Source: an uncultured Smithella sp.
Lineage (GTDB): Bacteria; Desulfobacterota; Syntrophia; Syntrophales; Smithellaceae
Reading direction: 5' to 3'
DNA length: 64,000 nt
Assembly: GCA_964443625.1 (NCBI GenBank)
Contig: CAYUDM010000001.1
Location: forward strand, 80,705 to 144,704
Positions 37,015 through 44,296 of the stretch are shown here, piece by piece. The notes beneath the pieces were generated by a model. It had not been told where the DNA came from. It was given only the letters and a program-made list of their open reading frames with translations, and made no database searches. A program made the translations under genes and the position numbers. The first letter of the stretch is position 1, and each line of letters opens with the position of its first letter.

Positions 37015-38196
37015 CTAAGCCCCGATGGACGAAAGAATCTCAGGAATGTCGGAATAGTCGTCAAACCAGATCGGATGGACGCCGAGTTGTTCGAGAATGA
37101 AGCTTTGCTGATCCACATCGACGCGGTGCACTTCTTCGATGATGGAAACGATCTGCTCCTGCCAGTCGCTATCAGCCGATTTAAACTTTTCCTCCCAGTC
37201 GGTTTTAACGCCGCTGACTTCAAAACGATAGAAGTAAGTCAACGCCTTTTCATTGATGCGGTTTAACTCGGCCTGATCCGGTTTTTTCAAGGCCGGTTTT
37301 TTCAAGAGCGCATAATTGTTCGTCTCGACGGGCATTTGGGAGACCGCGTCAAGCAGCCTGCGCATGTTCCGGTCGGACAAAGACAGGCCGATCATCAGCC
37401 CCGTAGTGCTCGATAGAGATTGAATCTGCACCAGATTGGCCCAGGAGTAGGCGTCCTTGGCGGACTGGTGATATTGATCTTCAGTAAAGACGATGTCCTG
37501 CTCGGTCAGTTCCGTCACATTGAGCGGAACATAGCCGTGCACATGATAAATGGGCAGCTTACCCCGTCCAAGCGGCGCGGCCTTGCAGATTGCCTGATAC
37601 GGATGCCCGGCAAGCGAAATTTCCAAAAGGGAATCATAATTATAGGTAATGACGCCCCGCACACCCCTCCGACCGTCGGACGCCCCCCGGCATAGATTCG
37701 TGATCGCCCCCAGCGTCGGGTTGCCACGGCAGATCGCGGCGGGATCGACTGCCGATTCGCCCTCTTTAAATCCGTCTAAAAAACCGGCGTAGAGAGTCTC
37801 CCACAGATGGAGCATGAAGTCATCGTCATCCTTGTAATACCGTCGAAGCTTGCGCGCGGTGATTTCCAGAGGCTCGTTGGTGCGTTCCAGATGCCATTCG
37901 GCGGTGGCGAAAAGATAACTCGGATAAAGCCGCCAGGGCGTCGGGGCGTGTTTGCCCAGCGCCGAAAAATACATTGCCAATACCAGTTTATCCCAGGTGG
38001 GAAGGCCGCTTCCGACGGATACACCGGCGCCCAGATAAAGCGACAGATTGCCGTTTTGATACGCTTTGCGCAAAGACTCAATCGAATCGCAGCAGATACC
38101 GCTCACAAAACCTCCGGCAGTGGAAAATGAAGTTAAAAACTTCCTTGAAATTTTGAATCTGGAATCATCAAACGATAAATCCAGTTTGCGAGACAT
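37015..38196 (-). CDS. SIR2_2-family (ThsA/DSR-type sirtuin-like) protein with an unassigned C-terminal region
   Basis: 393 aa with the motifs LYLGAGVSVGSGLPTWDKL (GAGxS...P.W), ITYNYDSLLE (TxNYD), LPIYHVHGY (catalytic-His context), IVFTEDQY and GLSLSDRNMRRLL. It starts 17 nt after the J-domain gene's stop. Confidence 0.8.
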   Translation of the reverse strand: MSRKLDLSFDDSRFKISRKFLTSFSTAGGFVSGICCDSIESLRKAYQNGNLSLYLGAGVSVGSGLPTWDKLVLAMYFSALGKHAPTPWRLYPSYLFATAEWHLERTNEPLEITARKLRRYYKDDDDFMLHLWETLYAGFLDGFKEGESAVDPAAICRGNPTLGAITNLCRGASDGRRGVRGVITYNYDSLLEISLAGHPYQAICKAAPLGRGKLPIYHVHGYVPLNVTELTEQDIVFTEDQYHQSAKDAYSWANLVQIQSLSSTTGLMIGLSLSDRNMRRLLDAVSQMPVETNNYALLKKPALKKPDQAELNRINEKALTYFYRFEVSGVKTDWEEKFKSADSDWQEQIVSIIEEVHRVDVDQQSFILEQLGVHPIWFDDYSDIPEILSSIGA

Positions 38197-38213
38197 TTCG
38201 GGGCTGAAATTTG

Positions 38214-39059
38214 TTACATCCAGTATTTTTTGTTGTGCATTTTCATCTCAACGACAAGTTTGAAAAGATCGCCGGACGTGAGAAGTCGTTCATCGAGGAA
38301 ATATTTACCGATCCGGGGCTGGGTGGTTTTCTGCTTTTCTAAAATTCGCGTCAGCTGATAGCGGGACAGATACCCCAGCCGGATCGCACACTCCCCGAAC
38401 TTTTCGCCGTATTTACGGGATCGCAGAATGGCAAGAACATCCGGCCCCGTAAGCCAGTCCCAGCTGACCGCAATCGCGCCGACCGACGGCCGATGCAGAC
38501 GCTGCCAGACGATGGCCTTGATCAATTGCGACAATGAGATGCTTCCCGAATAATACAGGTATTGCCCCAGAAGCAGACGCCGCGTTGGCATCCGGCCCGA
38601 ATACAGAGGTTCGGCGGGCGTTCGGGGTTTTGCCTGACGGGGTTGCGTAAAGGTCGCCGATTTCGCGCGGGGTCGGAAGCCGGAACGCGCGGAGGGGGAC
38701 TGATCGGCGCGCCGGTGGGTCTGCCGCCGCTGATAGAGCGCGCCTTTTTCATCGAGGGAATACTTCCAGGGCGCGGCCATAAACTCCAAAAGAAGTTGAT
38801 AGGCCACACTGACTTCCTTGAACCGGTCGGCAAGGAAGTCCGAATTGCCGCTCGTCACAACGGCCCGGTCGGGATGCGTTTCCATCGCTTTTTTACGGTA
38901 CGCGGCTTTAACGCCCGCGGGCTTGAGATAACGCAGAAATTCCACCGACACGTCGATGTCGGTTCCAAAAAGGGATTCACAGGCTTTGAACAGATCCTGA
39001 CGGGAGACGGCCGTATCGGACAAAAACGATCTCCTTTTCAGCGTTTTATTGCCTCGCAC
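38214..39059 (-). CDS. J-domain protein with C-terminal tandem MshEN/GspE_N-like repeats
   Basis: The J-domain is ...GVKAAYRKKAMETHPDRAV...FKEVSVAYQLL with the HPD tripeptide. An R/P/S/Q-rich linker covers aa ~105-160. Four 24-residue repeats of the form xLGxx(L)xxxGx(I/L)xxxxLxxx(L/I)xxQ follow. The track start at 39059 is a GTG. A TTG at 39023, preceded by AAAGGAG at good spacing, is an equally good or better start. Confidence 0.8.
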   Translation of the reverse strand: MRGNKTLKRRSFLSDTAVSRQDLFKACESLFGTDIDVSVEFLRYLKPAGVKAAYRKKAMETHPDRAVVTSGNSDFLADRFKEVSVAYQLLLEFMAAPWKYSLDEKGALYQRRQTHRRADQSPSARSGFRPRAKSATFTQPRQAKPRTPAEPLYSGRMPTRRLLLGQYLYYSGSISLSQLIKAIVWQRLHRPSVGAIAVSWDWLTGPDVLAILRSRKYGEKFGECAIRLGYLSRYQLTRILEKQKTTQPRIGKYFLDERLLTSGDLFKLVVEMKMHNKKYWM

Positions 39060-39134
39060 TGTAGCATGGCGGCCGAAAAAAAAACAAGCGGCAAATGCCC
39101 GTCGATGACAACCGTCTGTTGATCATCTTCTTTC

Positions 39135-39163
39135 TTGACTATTGTCCATTTTCTCCATAAAGT
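39135..39163 (+). promoter_or_regulatory. Sigma-70-type promoter for the BNR-repeat gene
   Basis: TTGACT (39135-39140), a 17-nt spacer, then TAAAGT (39158-39163). The track's ORF start at 39135 is the TTG of this -35 box. Confidence 0.45.
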
Positions 39164-39197
39164 TGCGCGCAGAAAAAAAATCCTACGGAGGCCCCTC

Positions 39198-40925
39198 ATG
39201 AAGCGAATACCGATTTATCTTCTTGTTGTGTTTGCGGCCTGTTTCCTGTACCTGCCCGCACACGCTCAGTCCGTTACCTGGAACACCGATCAAATGCTTT
39301 CCGTTTCAACGGAGAACACCACGACACCTGACGTTGCCGTCTCCGGCAATCGGGCAGTTGCCGTCTGGGCGCAGCGGGACGGCGATTTCGATCACATTTA
39401 TGCCAGCTATTCGACCAACGGGGGTGAAACCTGGAGCACGCCCCAGTTAATCGAAGATAATTTTTACCGCGCCCAAAAACCACGTGTGTTCATGTCGGGA
39501 GAAAAGGTGGTCGCCATCTGGGAGCAATTCAACGGCTCCGTGATCAATGTTTACAGCAATTTCTCCACCGACGGAGGCGTAACCTGGCTGGCCACGGCCA
39601 GCCCCCAACGGCTCAATACCGTTGGAAGCTATGACGCCGGGGAGACCAGCGCGGCCATGTCGGGCGACAACATCGTGGTCGTCTGGGCGCAGTTGCTCGA
39701 CGGATCCTTCAACCGCATTTACGCCAACACCTCAACGAACGCGGGCGTCACCTGGGGAACGCCGGTCCAGATCAGCAGCACAACCTCGACCATTGCAAAG
39801 TCGCCGCATGTCGCCATTTCCGGCGGCAATGCCGCGGCTGTCTGGCAGCAGGAAAAAGATCCCGCCACGAATTTTTACCTTATCCGAGCTAACGCTTCGG
39901 CCGATGCCGGCCTTACCTGGGGAACCGACGCCGCTGTGGACAACACTCCGTCTCAGCAAAGCAGAAGACCCCAGATCGCGGTGTCGGATGACGCGGTGGT
40001 GGCCGTCTGGGATACCGAAGACGCAAGCGGCTGGACTCACATGTATTCCAACCGCACCGCTTTTTCCGGCGGGACGGTTGTCTGGACTCCGGCCAACGCT
40101 CAGCTGCTGGAAGACACCGCAACCGGCTTTTACGATGTGGAAGCGAAAATTGCGATGTTTGGGCAAAACGTCATCGTCGCCTGGCAGCGATGGGACGCGA
40201 GCAATCATACGTGGCTTCAATCCGTCCAGTCGGGAAATGCTGGCGCAAGTTGGAGCCTTCCGGTAACGCTCGACGGCAGCGCTTCCGGGATTAATCGACA
40301 CGAACTGATTCTGATGGAACGCTACGCGGTTGCCATCTGGCAATACGATGATGGCTCCCTTGCGAAAGTCCGCACCAGCGCCTCGTTTGACGAGGGCGAG
40401 TCCTGGACGGATCCCGAAGCCATCGACAGCAGCACACTCTACAACAACTTTGACATGAAAATTGCCGCATCGGGCAACAATCTGGTCAGTGTCTACGCCA
40501 GATACAACTCCGACCCGGCGATTGACCGGGTAAACATCTATGTCAATTCCGCCGCCTACTCAAGCGGCGGGGTCGGCCCGATCCCCGGCGCGGGCGGCGG
40601 AGGCGGAAGCTGCTTTATCGCCAGCGCGGCCTTCGGCTCGCCTTTGGCCTCGCAGGTGGATAGTCTGCGCAAATTCCGCGACGGCTATCTGCTCACCAAC
40701 AGCCTGGGCCGCAAGTTCGTCGCCTGGTATTACGCCAACGGTCCGGCCGCCGCGCAGTTTATCTCTGACAAACCGATGGCCAAAGCTTTCGTCAGAGTGG
40801 CGCTTTATCCGCTGGTCGGCTTTTCTTTCCTGCTGGTCAACGGCTACCTGCCGTTTGCTCTGGCGGGGCTTTTGCTTGCGGCAATCGCTTTTCTTTACCT
40901 GCGCCGCCGAAAAACGGCCGCTTAG
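39198..40925 (+). CDS. Secreted BNR/Asp-box beta-propeller protein with a CFI-type C-terminal hydrophobic tail
   Basis: ATG 39198 is preceded by GGAGG. The signal peptide is MKRIPIYLLVVFAACFLYLPAHAQS. About 8 tandem ~50-aa units end in (A/V)(V/I)W.Q, and 6 of them carry Asp-boxes (STNGGETWS, STDGGVTWL, STNAGVTWG, SADAGLTWG, SGNAGASWS, SFDEGESWT). The C-terminus is GGGGSCFIASAAFGS followed by a hydrophobic segment and RRRK. Confidence 0.85.
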   Translation: MKRIPIYLLVVFAACFLYLPAHAQSVTWNTDQMLSVSTENTTTPDVAVSGNRAVAVWAQRDGDFDHIYASYSTNGGETWSTPQLIEDNFYRAQKPRVFMSGEKVVAIWEQFNGSVINVYSNFSTDGGVTWLATASPQRLNTVGSYDAGETSAAMSGDNIVVVWAQLLDGSFNRIYANTSTNAGVTWGTPVQISSTTSTIAKSPHVAISGGNAAAVWQQEKDPATNFYLIRANASADAGLTWGTDAAVDNTPSQQSRRPQIAVSDDAVVAVWDTEDASGWTHMYSNRTAFSGGTVVWTPANAQLLEDTATGFYDVEAKIAMFGQNVIVAWQRWDASNHTWLQSVQSGNAGASWSLPVTLDGSASGINRHELILMERYAVAIWQYDDGSLAKVRTSASFDEGESWTDPEAIDSSTLYNNFDMKIAASGNNLVSVYARYNSDPAIDRVNIYVNSAAYSSGGVGPIPGAGGGGGSCFIASAAFGSPLASQVDSLRKFRDGYLLTNSLGRKFVAWYYANGPAAAQFISDKPMAKAFVRVALYPLVGFSFLLVNGYLPFALAGLLLAAIAFLYLRRRKTAA

Positions 40926-40951
40926 ATGGATTGAACCTGAGTTTTAAAGCC

Positions 40952-40986
40952 GCACCCCCGGCCGAATCCGCGCCGGGGGTGCTTTT
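40952..40986. terminator. Bidirectional rho-independent terminator
   Basis: GCACCCCCGGC-cgaatccgc-GCCGGGGGTGC is a perfect 11-bp stem. TTTT follows on the plus strand and a short 3-nt A-run (TTT on the minus strand) precedes it. It sits between convergent genes. Confidence 0.8.
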
Positions 40987-40999
40987 CGTTTAACGCTGA

Positions 41000-43324
41000 T
41001 TAACTTATCAGTTTAATCCTGATGGTCAAGTTTCTTTCTTTTGCCACGCCCGCCGGAAAGATCCAGTCTTTCATTTTTTCGATCAGACATTGCCAAATTG
41101 TCGCCTGCTTCAGATTTCCCGAATCGATGAAGACGGCTTTCACCGTGCCGTCGGCGTTGATCGTCAGTCGCACGGTGAAGATCGTTCCGTTGGCCGTTCC
41201 TTTCAGGCAGGATGCCAGATCCTCCGCCTGACGCGTCACGGAGTCAAACGCCTTATCACGGCTCCATCCCTTCGAAACCGTAAGCGAAAGAATTTCAAAC
41301 TTCTGAGATTCGTCTTTGGAAACGCCTTTGAACGCCCGCTCCGGGCTGATCGGTTGTGCAGGCCGTCCAACGACTTCATGGCGCTGCATTTTAGCGGTTT
41401 GCGCCATCACCGGCCCGAAAGCCGCATCACCCACAGCATGGTTCGACACGCCTTGAGGCAAGGGCAAAGGCTGCTTCACTAAAACGGGCTTTCCATCCAC
41501 GTTGCGAATTTCAGAATCCACGGCGACAAACGAAGTATAGGCGCTAAGCAGATTGTAAGACAGAGCCAGGCGCGTGATGTCTTCGACGCGTTTGGCGTTG
41601 TGGCGCAGGCTGTTGTAGTCCGACAAAAGCGCGATGCGGTGACGCGCCCACAGGTATTTCAGAGCGGATGCGTCTTTAGACGGCTTGAAATCCGAAACAG
41701 CAAGGCTTTCTGAATATTGCCCCGTCCCCGTCGTTCCGCGCAAGGTAATCGTTCCTTGAGGCTTGCCGCGCCACTTTCCGAACACAATCACCGGACGCTC
41801 GGCCAAAACGTCGGGGACAGTCTGCGGTTCCACATCATAGGCCTCAAATCCATGGAAACGAACTTGAATTTGCGCAAGCGCGGGTGTCTCGATCATCTTG
41901 CGGAAACGCGCGGCCTCCGCGGCGGCTGTTTTCGGATCGGTCAGCACAAACGGCTCGCCCATCCCGACTCTGGCCATGCCTTCGATGAGATGACGGTTCA
42001 CACTGGAGCCGATGCCGAAGGCAAACAGGTTGGCTTTGCCCAGATTCGCGCGAATCAGATCAAAGGCTTCTTCCTCCACGCTGACATAGCCATCTGTCAC
42101 AATCACCATCGTTTTGGAGCTTCCTTCCAAGCGCGGCAGATCGAGCGCGCACCGAAGAGCCGGCAAAAGCTCGGTACCGCCTCCGCCTCGCTGACGTTCG
42201 ATCACAGATATGGCTTTTTGAATATTGCCGCGCGTCGCGGGCAGGGATTTCTCGGCAAGCAACGTCGAACCGCCCGAAAAGAGCAAAACGTTAAAGGTAT
42301 CCGAGGAGCGCAAATTCCCGATGAGATCGGCCAGAAGTTTTTTGGAAATATCCAGCGGGAAGCCATGCATGGAGCCGGACACATCGACAATAAAGATATA
42401 CTCGCGGCCGGGAATATCGGCCACGGCGATTTTTCGGGGCGGCTGCACCATCAGCGCAAAGAAGTTTTCTTTTTCCCCTTCATGCAAAAGCAAGCCGCCC
42501 GCAATCCGGTCGCCCGCCAAACGGTAGCGCAAAATGAAATCGCGGTTCGCGGCGTTTCGATCCTTTTGATCCAGACGAATGTCGACCTTGTCGGTGCCTG
42601 CAAACGTTGTGGTCACTTTGTGGGAGGGACAGCTCACCTCGCCGATCGGCATGCCTGCCGCCAGAGAAAGCGTCAGGTCAAATGTTACAGGCGATGTCTC
42701 GCCCTGCTTCAAATAGGGATTAGCCGTCCAGTCCGAAGCTTCTTTACCTGACCCGCCGCGCCCCACATAACGTGGTCCGACCACGGTCGGATAGACAAAC
42801 TCGTAGATCCGGTCGGTCGGAATCAGAAGCTCCGTGTATTTGAGCTCCACCCGGATTTCGTCGCCGGGCAGAATGTTGGCGACATTCATCTGGAAAACAT
42901 TGGGGCGGTGCTGCTCTAAAAGAGAAGCGCTTTTCCCGGCATCGCGGGCCTGCTCGTAAATTTTGCGCGCCTCGTCGCGGCGGTTGATCTGCGCTTCGAT
43001 CACTCTTTTGCCGATGGTCATCTTCATGCCGTAGACGGCCGCGCGTGTGGAGCCCGGAAAAACATAGATCGCCTCTATCGGCCGACGTCCTTCATTTTTG
43101 TAAACCTGGACCACCGTCACATCGGCGATGACACCGGCAATAGACACGGATGCTTCCGTGGCTTTGAGCGGCATCCGGTCGGTTGCGGGATCATCGCTTT
43201 GCACAAAAAAATAAGGGGACAACATTCGCGTGTCCTCCTCCTGAGCAAAGGACAAAGAGCCTGCACTAAGCAAAATCGCTAAAATCAAGCCTGCCGTAAA
43301 ACATCTTTTCTTTAATCGTTTCAT
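41000..43324 (-). CDS. Secreted VIT-domain / von Willebrand factor A protein
   Basis: 774 aa with signal peptide ...LLSAGSLSFAQ and an N-terminal VIT-like region (PLKATEASVSIAGVIADVTVVQVYKNEG). The vWA domain has the MIDAS motif FIVDVSGSM. The ~100-aa C-terminal beta-rich domain is unassigned. Confidence 0.85.
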   Translation of the reverse strand: MKRLKKRCFTAGLILAILLSAGSLSFAQEEDTRMLSPYFFVQSDDPATDRMPLKATEASVSIAGVIADVTVVQVYKNEGRRPIEAIYVFPGSTRAAVYGMKMTIGKRVIEAQINRRDEARKIYEQARDAGKSASLLEQHRPNVFQMNVANILPGDEIRVELKYTELLIPTDRIYEFVYPTVVGPRYVGRGGSGKEASDWTANPYLKQGETSPVTFDLTLSLAAGMPIGEVSCPSHKVTTTFAGTDKVDIRLDQKDRNAANRDFILRYRLAGDRIAGGLLLHEGEKENFFALMVQPPRKIAVADIPGREYIFIVDVSGSMHGFPLDISKKLLADLIGNLRSSDTFNVLLFSGGSTLLAEKSLPATRGNIQKAISVIERQRGGGGTELLPALRCALDLPRLEGSSKTMVIVTDGYVSVEEEAFDLIRANLGKANLFAFGIGSSVNRHLIEGMARVGMGEPFVLTDPKTAAAEAARFRKMIETPALAQIQVRFHGFEAYDVEPQTVPDVLAERPVIVFGKWRGKPQGTITLRGTTGTGQYSESLAVSDFKPSKDASALKYLWARHRIALLSDYNSLRHNAKRVEDITRLALSYNLLSAYTSFVAVDSEIRNVDGKPVLVKQPLPLPQGVSNHAVGDAAFGPVMAQTAKMQRHEVVGRPAQPISPERAFKGVSKDESQKFEILSLTVSKGWSRDKAFDSVTRQAEDLASCLKGTANGTIFTVRLTINADGTVKAVFIDSGNLKQATIWQCLIEKMKDWIFPAGVAKERNLTIRIKLIS

Positions 43325-43538
43325 CTTTGGAACCTCCCTTCGAATCGTTTTGGAGGGTTAGACAGGAATTCTCCCGGAAAGTTCCCCTTTTTTTTTAAAT
43401 TCTGTTTAGGCGCTTGAACGTTTCTTTTAAATTTTATCAAAACAACGTGATGCGTGGCGTTCCATGCTCCTTATCGCGATCAATTATTATTTATATATAT
43501 TCAATACTTGCATAAATAAAGATGAATCCGGGTCATTT

Positions 43539-43555
43539 TGGCACGTCTTTTTCAT
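43539..43555 (+). promoter_or_regulatory. Weak sigma-54-like promoter candidate
   Basis: TGGCAC-GTCTT-TTTCA has a perfect -24 box, but the -12 element reads TTTC instead of TTGC, so the near-invariant GC is missing. It lies 50 nt upstream of ATG 43606 and is preceded by a very AT-rich stretch. Confidence 0.25.
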
Positions 43556-43605
43556 TAGATAAAGTCAAACAAAACGCTTTAAACCTTTTAAGGAGGGTAC
43601 AGATC

Positions 43606-43881
43606 ATGAAAAAGACATTAGGAACAATGGTAGCGGCGGCGGCAGTGGTTTTCTTGACGGCAACCTTCGGATTTGCCGAATACGCGGCGGCGGGCGCAGC
43701 AAACTTTCCGTATTTTCAGCTGGGCTGCCTGATCGTGGGCGGTTTGATTCTGGTGAGCCTCAAGAGAAAGTATGACAAGATGTACACGGCGGAAGTGGTG
43801 GGTGTTTTCGCGCTGTACACCATGCTGATGGCTTTGTTCACCAATCCGGTCATCGACATGGTCAAAACAATCGTCACCTGA
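43606..43881 (+). CDS. Small membrane protein (91 aa), function unknown
   Basis: ATG 43606 is preceded by AAGGAGG. The protein has a signal/anchor segment MKKTLGTMVAAAAVVFLTATFGFA and two further hydrophobic helices. The track's longer start at 43522 lacks an RBS. Confidence 0.55.
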   Translation: MKKTLGTMVAAAAVVFLTATFGFAEYAAAGAANFPYFQLGCLIVGGLILVSLKRKYDKMYTAEVVGVFALYTMLMALFTNPVIDMVKTIVT

Positions 43882-43938
43882 AACATTAAAGAGATTTGAC
43901 AAAGAAACGCAAAAAAAGGAAAGGAGGGGCGGCGGATC

Positions 43939-44160
43939 ATGATCGCGAATAAATATAGCGCATTCCACGGTGTGGTGGTGTTATCGGCCTGGGGATTTAT
44001 TACGGTGATCGCTTCCTTCCTGTTTTTGGGATTGGGCTATCAGTTGGACAAACTTCTGGGCACAACTCCCCACTTCATGATCGGGTTGTTTTTCCTGGCC
44101 GTCTTTCTGTGCATGACCAGACTCTATCAGGAAGCAAAAAGAAGAATGAACGGATTATAG
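43939..44160 (+). CDS. Small two-TM membrane protein, AtpZ/AtpI-like
   Basis: 73 aa. The RBS is GGAAAGGAGGGG. FLFLGLGYQLDKLLGTTPHFMIGLFFLAVFL resembles the AtpZ/AtpI-family core. Confidence 0.5.
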   Translation: MIANKYSAFHGVVVLSAWGFITVIASFLFLGLGYQLDKLLGTTPHFMIGLFFLAVFLCMTRLYQEAKRRMNGL

Positions 44161-44226
44161 GATGCACTCCACCGCTCATTGAAAGCGTCGTGACCTCCGA
44201 ATTCTGATCTGTTGAAAATATGCCGA

Positions 44227-44258
44227 CCCCTCAAGCTCGGACGGTTTGAGGGGTTTTT
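44227..44258 (+). terminator. Rho-independent terminator
   Basis: CCCCTCAA-gctcggacggt-TTGAGGGG followed by TTTTT. It overlaps the track's TTG start at 44246, which supports the later start for the next gene. Confidence 0.75.
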
Positions 44259-44296
44259 ATTTACAAAACCCCTCCCCTCGTGCTAAGCCTGCGCGC

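Noticed and set aside
39622-40343. Long alternative-frame ORFs (214 aa on the plus strand, 203 aa on the minus strand) inside the BNR gene
   Set aside because: The annotated frame carries six regularly spaced Asp-boxes and a signal peptide. The alternative frames are Pro/Arg/Ser-rich with no periodicity.
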